This document shows positions 1 through 9,261 of a stretch of DNA of 34,796 bases, piece by piece. Where the stretch lies: IMG/VR virus record IMGVR_UViG_3300025502_000082, positions 1 to 34,796 of that record; one strand, given 5' to 3'. Under the pieces are notes generated by a model, which was not told where the DNA came from, did not search any database, and saw only the letters and a program-made list of their open reading frames with translations. Each line of letters begins with the position of its first letter. The first letter of the stretch is position 1. Origin of the DNA: a virus (lineage: Duplodnaviria > Caudoviricetes). The translations under genes were made by a program, and so were the position numbers.

Positions 1-186
1 TCATTCGCCGATGCAGAGGCTTCCGAGTACATCCGACTAGGCTGGGCAAAAGACCCAGAGACCGGAGAGACCGGCGATCGCACACCAGGGTCCCAAAGGC
101 TGCGGGTTGACCCTGTGGTTCAGCAGGCCAAGTAAATGAGCGGCGTGCTGTATCTGGATAACTCCAGCGTCATTGAGCTGGTTGGG
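1..186. repeat. Terminal direct repeat copy 1 (circular-assembly overlap)
   Basis: 1-186 is identical to 34611-34796 except position 60 (G) versus 34670 (T). Confidence 0.97.
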
Positions 187-453
187 CTGAAGAACTCGGT
201 TACTGGCACGGCTGATGTTGGGGCTAGTGTATCGGTGACATTGCTGGATTCTTCCGGTGCGCAGGTATCGGGCGAAACATGGCCTTTAACTATGGCGCAC
301 GTTGCCGATGGGCTTTATCGAGCAACAATGTCATCCGCTATCAATCTATCCGCGCTCACCAAGTACACAGCTATGGTAGACGTGGTTGGATCTGGTGGTG
401 AGGTAGGTAACTGGCAGTGCAAGGTATTAGCTAGAGCGCGAGGCTGTTGCTGA
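136..453 (+). CDS. Putative virion accessory protein, beta-rich Ig-like; last gene of the fibre module that wraps the origin
   Basis: ATG immediately follows the TAA of the wrapped 34542 ORF; beta-strand-rich 105 aa. Confidence 0.6.
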   Translation: MSGVLYLDNSSVIELVGLKNSVTGTADVGASVSVTLLDSSGAQVSGETWPLTMAHVADGLYRATMSSAINLSALTKYTAMVDVVGSGGEVGNWQCKVLARARGCC

Positions 454-454
454 T

Positions 455-607
455 ATGGCTTGTAGTGGATGCGCCAAGCGCCGTGAAGCAATGAGGAAAT
501 GGGCCAGTGAACGAGCAGAGCGAATCAAGGCAATCCATAGAGCACGCAAGGCTGATAGCAAAACTCGATTCTTTGGCAGAAGCGATACTAAGGCTAGCGA
601 TAAGTAA
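455..607 (+). CDS. Small basic protein MACSGCAKRR... (50 aa)
   Basis: Read manually; CxxC-RR N-terminus is typical of tiny phage ORFs before HNH/terS. Confidence 0.45.
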   Translation: MACSGCAKRREAMRKWASERAERIKAIHRARKADSKTRFFGRSDTKASDK

Positions 608-686
608 TGAACGGCTTGTGGCTGCTATGGCTGAGAGTGAGGACGAAGATTACGACTCACCTGTGTATCTAGACGGATCAAGGTAG
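507..686 (+). CDS. Small acidic protein (59 aa, ends YLDGSR)
   Basis: Read manually; GTG start, and its stop overlaps the HNH start; C-terminal YLDG motif is seen in phage ORFs preceding HNH. Confidence 0.55.
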   Translation: MNEQSESRQSIEHARLIAKLDSLAEAILRLAISNERLVAAMAESEDEDYDSPVYLDGSR

Positions 687-976
687 TGCCACAGTACGAC
701 AACTCCCCAAGGATACGGGGCAGAGCACTACAAGCTAGACGCCTGAGAGTATGGGCAGATGATCCTACCTGTAATCGATGCGGGCGAATCACCAAATACC
801 CTGATGGGTTCGAGCTAGATCACGTCATTCCACTGTGCAAGAAGGGTGACGATACTGACGACAACTGTCAGGTGCTCTGTACGGGCGTCAATGGATGCCA
901 CGCACGCAAGACAGCTGAGGATATAGGTTACACGTTCAAGCCCACCACAGGGGCAGATGGGTGGCCTGTGGAGTGA
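686..976 (+). CDS. Terminase-associated HNH endonuclease (HK97 gp74-like)
   Basis: CxxC...DHVIPL..G.D..DNCQVLC...CH..KT motif; directly upstream of terS. Confidence 0.9.
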   Translation: MPQYDNSPRIRGRALQARRLRVWADDPTCNRCGRITKYPDGFELDHVIPLCKKGDDTDDNCQVLCTGVNGCHARKTAEDIGYTFKPTTGADGWPVE

Positions 977-979
977 CTT

Positions 980-1050
980 AAAGGGGGAGGGGTGGGTAAA
1001 TCTTCAAACCCAATCCAAGCGGAAACCGCGTCCAAAACTCTTTTTTTATT
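980..1050 (+). other. Probable cos packaging region
   Basis: G-rich tract, ACCG motif and T-tract between HNH and terS, the usual cos position in HK97-like phages; exact cut site not determinable. Confidence 0.55.
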
Positions 1051-1074
1051 AAATTGTAGATTTAAGGTGAACAC

Positions 1075-1497
1075 ATGGCAGAAAGAGGGAAGCGATCAGC
1101 GGCCTCTCTGGCCATAGCTACGCCTACTGGAATTGATCGAAGGCTGGCCCCGCCGCCTGTTTTAACTGATGTCCAGAAGGCTGAATGGGTGGCTGTTATC
1201 AACTCACGGCCTGCGGATTGGTTTGACGATCACAACGCATCTAGCTTGATTCAGTATTGCCGACACAAAGTCCAGGCTGACGTTATCGCTCAGCAGATTG
1301 ATGCGTTTAACCCGGCATGGCTTGCGGATGAAGATGGGCTAAAGCGGTATGACAAGCTGACGCAGTTGCAGGAGCGTGAGACGCGCACCATCAACGCTTT
1401 GTTACGATCCATGCGGCTTACTCAGCAAAGCCTGGTGCGAGCTGAGAAGGTGCCGACAAGCAGTAGGGGGCGCAAACCGTGGGAGTCAAACGGTTGA
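1075..1497 (+). CDS. terS: Terminase small subunit
   Basis: Position; RGxRS N-terminus, PP..L...Q...W, and MRLT motif of P27-family TerS. Confidence 0.85.
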   Translation: MAERGKRSAASLAIATPTGIDRRLAPPPVLTDVQKAEWVAVINSRPADWFDDHNASSLIQYCRHKVQADVIAQQIDAFNPAWLADEDGLKRYDKLTQLQERETRTINALLRSMRLTQQSLVRAEKVPTSSRGRKPWESNG

Positions 1498-3002
1498 CGC
1501 GAGGCGAGACTAACATTCAGTGGATTGAAGAGCATTGCCTGATCCCTGAAGGCAAGATGGTTGGGCAGAGAGTCAAGCTTACCAAGCATCAGCGGAGATG
1601 GATTAAGCGCATTTACGACAGTCCTACGCGCACATTCATTCTTTCGATGGCGCGTAAGAACGCCAAGACTGCTTTGTCAGCGTTCATTGTCCTGCTGCAT
1701 TTATGTGGCCCTGAAGCTAGGGCGAACAGCCAGCTATACAGCGCGGCACAGTCCAGAGATCAGGCGGCTATTCTGTTTGAGCTAGCTGCCAAGGTTGTTC
1801 GGATGAGCAGAGACTTGTCCGAGTATGTGAATATCCGAGACACGGCAAAAGAGTTGCTGTGCGCTGAGCTGGGCACGTTCTTCAAGGCGCTGTCTGCTGA
1901 TGCGTCCACCAAGTTCGGCTTGTCTCCTGCGCTGGTTATTCATGACGAGCTTGGGCAGGTGGTTGGCCCTAGATCGCAGCTTTATGAAGCCTTAGAGACG
2001 GCATCCGCAGCCCAAGAGAATCCACTATCAATCATTATCAGCACGCAGGCACCCACTGACGCCGATCTGCTGAGCCTTTTGATTGATGATGCGCTGACAG
2101 GGGCCGACCCGCGCAACAAGGTAGAGCTTTGTACTGCTCCGCTCGACTTAGATCCGTTCAGTGTGAAGGCAATCAAGAAGGCCAACCCGCACTTTGGCGA
2201 CTTCATGAACCAAGAAGAAGTGCTGAGACAGGCGTCTGACGCCAAGCGGCTACCCAGTAGGGAGCCGGCATACCGCAACCTGATACTTAATCAGCGGGTT
2301 GAAGCCAGATCACCGTTCGTTAGCAGAACGATCTGGAAGGAAAGCGGCGGTGAGCCACGCTCGTTGGTGGGTAAGGCGGTATACGGCGGGCTTGATCTGT
2401 CTAGCGTGAGCGACTTAACAGCCTTGGTTCTGGTTGGGGAAGATGGAGACGTTGAATCTACCTTCTGGCTTCCAGAAGAAGGGCTTGCGGAGAAGTCCCG
2501 CAATGATCGCGTGCCATACGATCAGTGGGCCAAAGAAGGCTATCTGCAAACATGTCCAGGCAGGGCCATAGAATATGAGTTCGTTGCAGAGCATCTTCGC
2601 GTTGTGTTTGATCGCTACGATGTCAGAAAGCTTAATTTTGACCGCTACAACATGCGCTTCCTTATGCCTTGGTTGGAGCGTGTCGGGTTCAGCGAAGATG
2701 AATTGTCGCGGTTCAGCGAGTTTGGGCAAGGATTTATATCCATGTCCCCCGCCCTGCGTGAACTGGAATCACGATTGTTAAGCAAGAAGCTGCGGCACGG
2801 CAACCATCCTGTGCTGACAATGTGCGCGTCTAACGCTGTAGCTGTGAGTGATCCAGCAGGCGGCAGGAAATTCACCAAAGCCAAAACAACAGGCCGCATC
2901 GATGGGATGGTATCCCTAGCGATGGCAGTGGCGGCTATCGGCCAGGATGAGATGAACATGATAGATATTGACGCATTCCTTAACGATCCACTGGTGCTGT
3001 AA
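1479..3002 (+). CDS. terL: Terminase large subunit
   Basis: Walker A ARKNAKT, Walker B IHDELG, nuclease GGLDLS..DLTA, RIDGMVS. Confidence 0.97.
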   Translation: MGVKRLTRGETNIQWIEEHCLIPEGKMVGQRVKLTKHQRRWIKRIYDSPTRTFILSMARKNAKTALSAFIVLLHLCGPEARANSQLYSAAQSRDQAAILFELAAKVVRMSRDLSEYVNIRDTAKELLCAELGTFFKALSADASTKFGLSPALVIHDELGQVVGPRSQLYEALETASAAQENPLSIIISTQAPTDADLLSLLIDDALTGADPRNKVELCTAPLDLDPFSVKAIKKANPHFGDFMNQEEVLRQASDAKRLPSREPAYRNLILNQRVEARSPFVSRTIWKESGGEPRSLVGKAVYGGLDLSSVSDLTALVLVGEDGDVESTFWLPEEGLAEKSRNDRVPYDQWAKEGYLQTCPGRAIEYEFVAEHLRVVFDRYDVRKLNFDRYNMRFLMPWLERVGFSEDELSRFSEFGQGFISMSPALRELESRLLSKKLRHGNHPVLTMCASNAVAVSDPAGGRKFTKAKTTGRIDGMVSLAMAVAAIGQDEMNMIDIDAFLNDPLVL

Positions 3003-3004
3003 GC

Positions 3005-4231
3005 ATGGGCCTATTTTACGCAATGCGCGGTTTGTTTAGATCGCCGGGTGCGCCGCCTAGAGATGAAGGCATTCAGTCTGGACAGCCGAGCGCATATGGC
3101 TCTGTGTCTGCTGCTGATGTGAACTTTGATTCAGCGATGCAGATTAGCGCGGTATGGGCTGCGGTGAAGCTGATCTCTGAGTCGGTTGGCTCGATGCCGT
3201 TCAATATCTACGAAGTGAGTGACGCAGGCAGAAAGCTGGCGATCAACCACCCGCTGCAAAGGGTGCTCACCCGAAAGCCAAACCAGTACCAGACTGATGT
3301 TGAGTTTTGGGAGAGCATGGCGCTCAACCTGGCCGTTAGCGGTAACGCTTACGCGATCATTAAGCGAACAGGAAGAGAAATACTGGCGCTGATGCCGGTC
3401 TCATCGTCTCAAGTAGAGACTTCACTGCTATCTGACGGGAAGGTAATACACACCTACACGTCAGGCGCGAACGTGAATGTGTACACCAACGAGACAATGT
3501 GGCACGTCAAAATGCTTGGAAATGGCATTGTTGGCCTGTCTCCGCTGAGTTATGCGCGCAACAGTATTGGCATTGCTATCGCGGCAGATAATCGCGTCAG
3601 CAAGATATACAGCAATGGCGCAAAACCTTCTGGCATCTTGACGATAGACAAGACGCTGACACCAGAGCAAAGAGCGCAGATACGTTCGTCATTTTCAGGG
3701 CTGGAAGAGGGCAACGAGGACAGGTTGTTTGTCCTTGAGGCGAGCATGAACTACACGCCAGTCAGCATGACGCCGCAAGATATCCAGTTGCTGGACTCCA
3801 GGCGGTTCCAGATCGAGGATATTGGCCGCTTCTTTGGCGTGCCTTCTGTGCTACTCAACCAGACTTTCGGCCAGTCTACGCTTGGATCAAACGTCTACGA
3901 GATTTTGTCAGCGTTTTACAAGCTGAACCTGCGGCCATATCTGGAAAAATTCGAGGCATCAGTGCCCCGCTGGCTTATGACTGCCGAGGAAGGGTTGCGG
4001 TATGAATGCGAGTTTGATTTTGACGCGGCATTGTTGCGTGCCGATCTGCTGACAAGGATGCAGGCCCACAGGGAAGCGATCAACTCAGGGCAAAGCACGC
4101 CAAACGAAGCAAGACTAAGTGAGGGCAAACCGGCCCTGCCAGGGGGAGATCAGTTGCTTATTCAGGGCGCGATGATCCCCATTCAGCAAGCTGGGCAGAA
4201 GCCCGTAGAGGTGTCTAATGAACAGGAATGA
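3005..4231 (+). CDS. HK97-family portal protein
   Basis: SAVWAAV.LISES, PN.YQT..EFWE, GNAYA, GLSPL, FGVP, TPNEAR motifs. Confidence 0.96.
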   Translation: MGLFYAMRGLFRSPGAPPRDEGIQSGQPSAYGSVSAADVNFDSAMQISAVWAAVKLISESVGSMPFNIYEVSDAGRKLAINHPLQRVLTRKPNQYQTDVEFWESMALNLAVSGNAYAIIKRTGREILALMPVSSSQVETSLLSDGKVIHTYTSGANVNVYTNETMWHVKMLGNGIVGLSPLSYARNSIGIAIAADNRVSKIYSNGAKPSGILTIDKTLTPEQRAQIRSSFSGLEEGNEDRLFVLEASMNYTPVSMTPQDIQLLDSRRFQIEDIGRFFGVPSVLLNQTFGQSTLGSNVYEILSAFYKLNLRPYLEKFEASVPRWLMTAEEGLRYECEFDFDAALLRADLLTRMQAHREAINSGQSTPNEARLSEGKPALPGGDQLLIQGAMIPIQQAGQKPVEVSNEQE

Positions 4232-4955
4232 GCTGAAAGCTATATCAAAGACAGACGATGAGCTGCGAGTTGCCAACTATATCGTGTTATTTGGCGGCAG
4301 AGACTTAACTGGAGAGTTCTTTACCCCGCAAACCAAGCTGGATAGCTCCTATACAAAGTCTGGAATGCTCCACGTTGACTTCGAGCACGGCCTTGATCCT
4401 GACGGTATTGGCATGACGGCGCACGATATTCTGGGGTTTGTGGACTGGAAAACAGCGGTGTTGGATGAGACCGGCGTGTTTGTTGAGCGTGTCCTCAACC
4501 GTCATGGCCGTTATATGGCGATGCTTGAGACGTTGATAGACGAAGGCATGGTTGGCAACTCCAGTGAGGCGATACGGGGCAAGACGAACCGCACAGAAGG
4601 TGGAGAGATCGTTGATTGGCCTTTGATGCGAGACACGCTGACGTTTACGCCTGCGGAGCCAAGAATGTTGAAAGGTAACGCGCTGAAAGCAGCGAGAGAG
4701 TTATACGCCGAGATGCCTAACAGCAAATCATTGGCGATTCTTGACGATACGCCGTCAATCAAGACAGTAATTGAAGAAGCGGAAACGCTTAAAGACATTG
4801 AAGCCCTGCTGCGAGATGCCGCAGGCTTTAGTCGGACAGATGCGACTGCGCTGGTATCGCGCATCAAGTCCTTGTGCCGTGGCGACCACGATGCAGAACG
4901 CCAAGCCGCAGAGATTGCGGGGCTTTTCCAGCGATATAGCAACCCGCAACCCTAA
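4218..4955 (+). CDS. Prohead maturation protease
   Basis: Between portal and capsid; DLTGEFF, FEHG, TPAEPR; C-terminal LRDAAGFSR..A. Confidence 0.8.
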   Translation: MNRNELKAISKTDDELRVANYIVLFGGRDLTGEFFTPQTKLDSSYTKSGMLHVDFEHGLDPDGIGMTAHDILGFVDWKTAVLDETGVFVERVLNRHGRYMAMLETLIDEGMVGNSSEAIRGKTNRTEGGEIVDWPLMRDTLTFTPAEPRMLKGNALKAARELYAEMPNSKSLAILDDTPSIKTVIEEAETLKDIEALLRDAAGFSRTDATALVSRIKSLCRGDHDAERQAAEIAGLFQRYSNPQP

Positions 4956-4972
4956 CGGCCAACAGGCCATCA

Positions 4973-4996
4973 AGCCCGCCAAGTGCGGGTTTTTTT
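4973..4996 (+). terminator. Intrinsic terminator-like hairpin
   Basis: AGCCCGC-caagt-GCGGGTT followed by a T-tract. Confidence 0.7.
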
Positions 4997-5020
4997 ATGC
5001 CAAAACGGCAAGGAACTATT

Positions 5021-6175
5021 ATGGAAGACATCAAGAGTGTTGTTGAGAGCGGATTAGCTCAGGTTAAGTCTGTTCAAGATCAACTGAAAACCGCTCTGGA
5101 CGATCACACCGCCCAGATTGAAACCCACGGCAAAGCATCCACTGAGCTGACCGGCAAGATTGACGAACTGTCAGATCAATACAAGACGCTGAAAGAGCAG
5201 TTGATTGATCTGGCCCAAAGCCAAGTCACCGGCAGCATGGATCAGTCAGCAAAGAGCGCGGGTGATGAGTTCATTAACTCTGAAGCCTATAAGGCGATGG
5301 CTTCAGGCCAGCGTGAAAAGGCTCGCATTGAACTGAAAAACACCGTGGTGACTGGCTCAAACATGCCGTTTGAAGTACAGCGACCTGGCGTTATCCCCGG
5401 CAGCTTTGCTCCGCTGACTGTTCGCAGCCAGATTCCCACCATTGCGGTGGCGAGTAATGCGGTGGGTTCATTGCGTGAGCTGTTGTGGACTAATGACGCG
5501 GTTGAAGTTGCGGAAGGCGCAGCTAAGCCTGAGTCTGATATCACGTTTGAAGCTTATAACGTGCAGATTGAGACTGTGGCGCACTGGATCAAGGTGTCAA
5601 ACCAGCTTCTGGCTGATGCGCCTGCGGTTTCTGCGTACATTGATACACGCCTGCGTGACGGCCTTGAACAGCGCATCGATCGTCAGTTGCTCCTTGGTAA
5701 CGGCACAACTCCTAACCTGTCTGGCTTTACAGACTCCGGTAACTTTGTTGCCTTCACTCCCACCGCTGGTGCCAACCTGGTTGAGTCTATCAACAAGGCC
5801 AAGTACAACCGTTGGGCCTTGGGTGAGGTGGTAGACACCGTCATTGTGAACCCTGCTGATTGGGCCGCAATGGAAGTCCTACGCGAAGGCTCCGGCATAG
5901 GCCAGTACCTGTATGGCGCTCCCGGTACTAACGCAGGTGGCCAGCCATTCGGTGTGAACGTGGTGATGTCTCAGTACATGACTGCGGGCAGCTTCCTGAT
6001 TGGCGCGCTGCGATCTTCTGCCATTATCTACCAGCGTCAAGGTGCGGTGGTTGAGATGGGCTACGCTGGCGATGACTTCACCAAGAACCTGGTGACGATT
6101 CGCGCAGAAGAGCGTCTTGGCCTTGGTGTAGACCGTCCTGCGGGCATCATGTTTGGCCTGATTACCCCAGCGTAA
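5021..6175 (+). CDS. HK97-fold major capsid protein
   Basis: Coiled-coil delta domain, VAEGAAKPES, VAHWIKVS.QLL.D, FTKNLVTIRAEERL; AGGA RBS before ATG 5021. Confidence 0.97.
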   Translation: MEDIKSVVESGLAQVKSVQDQLKTALDDHTAQIETHGKASTELTGKIDELSDQYKTLKEQLIDLAQSQVTGSMDQSAKSAGDEFINSEAYKAMASGQREKARIELKNTVVTGSNMPFEVQRPGVIPGSFAPLTVRSQIPTIAVASNAVGSLRELLWTNDAVEVAEGAAKPESDITFEAYNVQIETVAHWIKVSNQLLADAPAVSAYIDTRLRDGLEQRIDRQLLLGNGTTPNLSGFTDSGNFVAFTPTAGANLVESINKAKYNRWALGEVVDTVIVNPADWAAMEVLREGSGIGQYLYGAPGTNAGGQPFGVNVVMSQYMTAGSFLIGALRSSAIIYQRQGAVVEMGYAGDDFTKNLVTIRAEERLGLGVDRPAGIMFGLITPA

Positions 6176-6187
6176 GCTGACCTGAAC

Positions 6188-6220
6188 GGGGCCGGGTTCA
6201 CGCTCGGCCCCATTCTTTTT
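6188..6220 (+). terminator. Terminator-like hairpin after capsid gene
   Basis: GGGGCCGGG...CTCGGCCCC followed by attctttt. Confidence 0.55.
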
Positions 6221-6230
6221 GGAGCAGCAA

Positions 6231-6422
6231 ATGTATAGAGCAATTAAGACGTTCAACCATGACGAATTAGGCCGAGTCATTAAAGGCCAAGAATTTGAAG
6301 CCACTGCCGCACAGTTAGGTGGTGTAAAGGCGTTTGTCGAGAAGCTGCCAGAGGCTGCTGTTGATAAGCCTGAAGTTCAGGAAAAACCCACACTCAAGCG
6401 CAGAGTCAAAAAGGCTGATTAG
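6231..6422 (+). CDS. Hypothetical protein following capsid gene
   Basis: GGAG RBS before ATG 6231; common small post-capsid ORF. Confidence 0.65.
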   Translation: MYRAIKTFNHDELGRVIKGQEFEATAAQLGGVKAFVEKLPEAAVDKPEVQEKPTLKRRVKKAD

Positions 6423-6423
6423 T

Positions 6424-6900
6424 ATGTCAGTGATCGATATATGTGCAGCGATGGAGCATACATACGCTGAGCCAGAGGACACATTTCTGGTTAAGCGGTG
6501 CCTGGATGCAGCGGAGGATAGCGCGCAGGACTTTCTCAACCGCAATTTTTACGCCGATGAGACTGCATTAGCTGCTGCTAGGGCCACCGTTCCTGCACTA
6601 CGGACTGCCGCGAGATCGGCATACGCTGCCGCAATTATCGCTGCCCATGCCATCTCAGACGATGAGCTGCGAGAAGAAGCCGAGTTGGACGCGCAAAGGG
6701 CGCTAGATGACGCGCTACTGGTAGTGGCAAAGATTCAGCAGGGCATTGTTATCAAGCCTGCCATTGTCGCCGCCTGCCTGCTGATAACGGGCCACCTGTA
6801 CGCACATCGTGAGGATGTAGTTGCTGGGGTGTCGGTTGCCGCTTTGCCTAATGGCGCTGAGTCTCTGTTATGGCCTTCTCGCGTAGGGTTGGGCATCTGA
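6424..6900 (+). CDS. Head-tail connector (HK97 gp6-like)
   Basis: AAE..AQDFLNR...AACLLITGHLYAHRE.V...LP.GAESLLWP.R. Confidence 0.9.
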   Translation: MSVIDICAAMEHTYAEPEDTFLVKRCLDAAEDSAQDFLNRNFYADETALAAARATVPALRTAARSAYAAAIIAAHAISDDELREEAELDAQRALDDALLVVAKIQQGIVIKPAIVAACLLITGHLYAHREDVVAGVSVAALPNGAESLLWPSRVGLGI

Positions 6901-7238
6901 TGCAGGCCGGTAAGCTACGCCACAGGGTCACATTCCAATCACCCGCCATCACTCAAGACTCGGTGACAGGTGAGGTTGTGGACAACTGGGATACTGTGTG
7001 GGAGTCCGTCCCTGCATCTGTTGAGCCATTGTCGATGAAAGACTTGCTAGCTTCTCAGGCTGTGCAGTCTGAACTGACTGCGCGCATTGTTATTCGGTAT
7101 CGAACTGGAGTGCTGTCCACTATGCGGATATTGCACCGGGGGAATATCTACAACATTGAAGGCCAGCCCATGCCAGACGCCAAAAGTGGGTTGGAATATC
7201 TCACTATTGGTGTATCTGCCGGGGTGAATGATGGCTGA
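6900..7238 (+). CDS. Head closure protein (SPP1 gp16-like)
   Basis: MQAGKLRHRVTFQ...IRYR.GV...MRI. Confidence 0.92.
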   Translation: MQAGKLRHRVTFQSPAITQDSVTGEVVDNWDTVWESVPASVEPLSMKDLLASQAVQSELTARIVIRYRTGVLSTMRILHRGNIYNIEGQPMPDAKSGLEYLTIGVSAGVNDG

Positions 7239-7719
7239 CGGGGTTAGCTTCAAGCTTGAAGGCGTAGAAGAACTATCAGCCAAACTGAAAGAACTACCTA
7301 TCGACATTCGCCGCAAGGGTGGGCGTACTGCTTTGCTTAAGGCCGCTCAGGTTGTGCGCGATGAAGCCAAGAAAAACGCTCTCAGCGTTGATGATCCACA
7401 GAGTTCAGACAAGATAGCCGACAACATTGTTGAGCGGTGGTCGAGCCGTTACTTCAAGAGCACTGGTGGCGACATGATGTTTCGCGTTGGAGTGATGGGC
7501 GGCGCTGGTGGCAAAGCTGAATCCGGGAGCCTTTCAGGTTTACCTGGCGGCGATACTCGCCACTGGAGACAGCTAGAGTTTGGCAATCAAAACCACGCTG
7601 CCAAGCCATTCATGCGTAAGGCTCTTGCACAGAATATCAGCAAGGTGACGGCCACGTTTATCACTGAGTACGGCAAGGCTCTGGACAGGGCCATTAAGCG
7701 CGCAAGCAAGGGCCGGTAA
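7231..7719 (+). CDS. HK97 gp10-family neck protein
   Basis: LEGVEEL..KL...WRQLEFG....AAKPFMRKAL. Confidence 0.9.
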   Translation: MADGVSFKLEGVEELSAKLKELPIDIRRKGGRTALLKAAQVVRDEAKKNALSVDDPQSSDKIADNIVERWSSRYFKSTGGDMMFRVGVMGGAGGKAESGSLSGLPGGDTRHWRQLEFGNQNHAAKPFMRKALAQNISKVTATFITEYGKALDRAIKRASKGR

Positions 7720-8087
7720 TGTACCCACCAATCTTTGAAATATGCAAAGCCGATAGCGGCGTGACTGCTGTGCTTGGCGCTAGCCCTGTGCGGCTGTACC
7801 CGTTTGGCGAGGCCCCGCAGCGAGCGGCTAAGCCCTACGCCGTCTGGCAGACGATCAGCGGTGGCCCAGAGAACTATCTAGGCAACCTGCCAGACATTGA
7901 CTCCTACAGCCTTCAGGTAGATTCCTATGCGCCCACAGCGTCATCTGCCAGAGCAATTGCCAAGGCAATCCGCGACGCCGTGGAGCTATACGCCCATGTG
8001 ACGTTCTGGGGCGGCGAATCGCACGACATTGAGACAAAGAATTACCGGGTAAACTTCACCATTGATTGGTGGGTTCCCAGACCCTAG
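7719..8087 (+). CDS. Tail completion/terminator protein (DUF3168-like)
   Basis: RLYPFGEAPQ...PYAVWQ.ISG.PENYL...QVD.YA. Confidence 0.88.
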   Translation: MYPPIFEICKADSGVTAVLGASPVRLYPFGEAPQRAAKPYAVWQTISGGPENYLGNLPDIDSYSLQVDSYAPTASSARAIAKAIRDAVELYAHVTFWGGESHDIETKNYRVNFTIDWWVPRP

Positions 8088-8102
8088 CAACCAAACCCCA
8101 CT

Positions 8103-8125
8103 AGCCCGCTTCTGCGGGTTTTTTT
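8103..8125 (+). terminator. Intrinsic terminator-like hairpin
   Basis: AGCCCGC-ttct-GCGGGTT plus T-tract. Confidence 0.7.
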
Positions 8126-8150
8126 ATACCTAAAGAAAGAGGAACTACCT

Positions 8151-8621
8151 ATGGCCAAGCTCGCGCAAGGCACTCAAATCTACTTTATTGACCCGACAGA
8201 CGACACCACGGTGGTCACTGTTGACTGTGCTACCACGTTCACGCCCGGTGGTGCGCCTGCTGACCAGATCGAAACTACCTGCCTTGAGGACTTTGATCGG
8301 GAATATCTCCCCGGTTTGCGTACTCCTGGACAGGCATCGATGACGATCAACGCTGACCCGACAAATACCAGTCATCTTTTGATGCATGAGCTGTCGGAGT
8401 CGAACCCTTCACCCACGATTAAGTGGGCGGTTGGTTGGTCAGACGGCACTTCGCCGCCGACTGTCACAACGGGTGACTTTGTGCTGCTCGATACGCGCAC
8501 ATGGTTCACGTTTCAAGGTTACATCTCAGACTTCCCGTTTGATTTCGCCATGAACACGGTTGTTACCAGCACGGTGACTATCCAGCGCTCAGGCGGGTCT
8601 GTTTGGGAACCCAAGGCATGA
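8151..8621 (+). CDS. Major tail tube protein
   Basis: QGTQIYFIDP, ADQIETTCL, GLRTPG, F.GYISDFPFDF..N.VV. Confidence 0.92.
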   Translation: MAKLAQGTQIYFIDPTDDTTVVTVDCATTFTPGGAPADQIETTCLEDFDREYLPGLRTPGQASMTINADPTNTSHLLMHELSESNPSPTIKWAVGWSDGTSPPTVTTGDFVLLDTRTWFTFQGYISDFPFDFAMNTVVTSTVTIQRSGGSVWEPKA

Positions 8622-8971
8622 GTCTGACGATTGACTCACTCCGTGAGATGGGGGCGTTTACGGGCGCTCCTGTCGAGCGAGAGATCACTTGGAAGCAGAA
8701 GGGTAAAGAGCTAACCGCCACGGTTTACGTTCGGTCACTGTCCTACAAGAGCGCGGTGTCTGACATACGCTCTGTGGGTATAGACGGTGATCCCGTTGCA
8801 GGGCGTATAGCGGCCTGTATCTGCGATGAGAACGGCAAAGCTGTGTTCACCCCTGCCGATATTACTGGCGATGCAGACCCCGAGAGAGGGCCGCTAGACG
8901 GCAATCTGACGGTGGCTCTGCTCACTGTGATTGGTGAGGTAACGGGCATGGGGGAGAACCAGGCGAGCTAA
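8618..8971 (+). CDS. Tail assembly chaperone (gpG-like)
   Basis: GAFTG.PVE.EI.W...AGRIAACICDE.G..VFT; position after tail tube. Confidence 0.88.
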   Translation: MSLTIDSLREMGAFTGAPVEREITWKQKGKELTATVYVRSLSYKSAVSDIRSVGIDGDPVAGRIAACICDENGKAVFTPADITGDADPERGPLDGNLTVALLTVIGEVTGMGENQAS

Positions 8972-9261
8972 GCGCAGAGGATGAGCTGTGGTGTGAGCTA
9001 GTGCTTAATGGCATTGGTGGCCGCACCATTGCAGAAGCGCAGAAGGCGATAGGCTACCGTGAGTATTTGACATGGATTGCCTTCCGCAAGCGGCGCGGGA
9101 CGCTTCACTCTGGAATGCGGATGGATAATGGATTCGCTTTGCTCGCCACTGTCCATGCCAACACTCACAGCAAAGATAAGAAGTTTACGGTGCGCGACTT
9201 TTCGCCGTACTTGGATGAGCCGGAGATTGATATGCAGACTGCAATGGAGACTTGGGTGTAA
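8950..9261 (+). CDS. Tail chaperone gpT segment, probably expressed by -1 frameshift as gpGT
   Basis: The -1 frame is open from 8938 and reads ...DELWCELVLNGIGGRTIAEA...; G-run at 8950-8954. Confidence 0.75.
   Translation, partial: GGEPGELSAEDELWCELVLNGIGGRTIAEAQKAIGYREYLTWIAFRKRRGTLHSGMRMDNGFALLATVHANTHSKDKKFTVRDFSPYLDEPEIDMQTAMETWV

Noticed and set aside
1-186. Physical terminal repeat (T7-like DTR)
   Set aside because: Falls mid-gene, and HNH plus this terminase type imply cos ends; treated as assembly overlap
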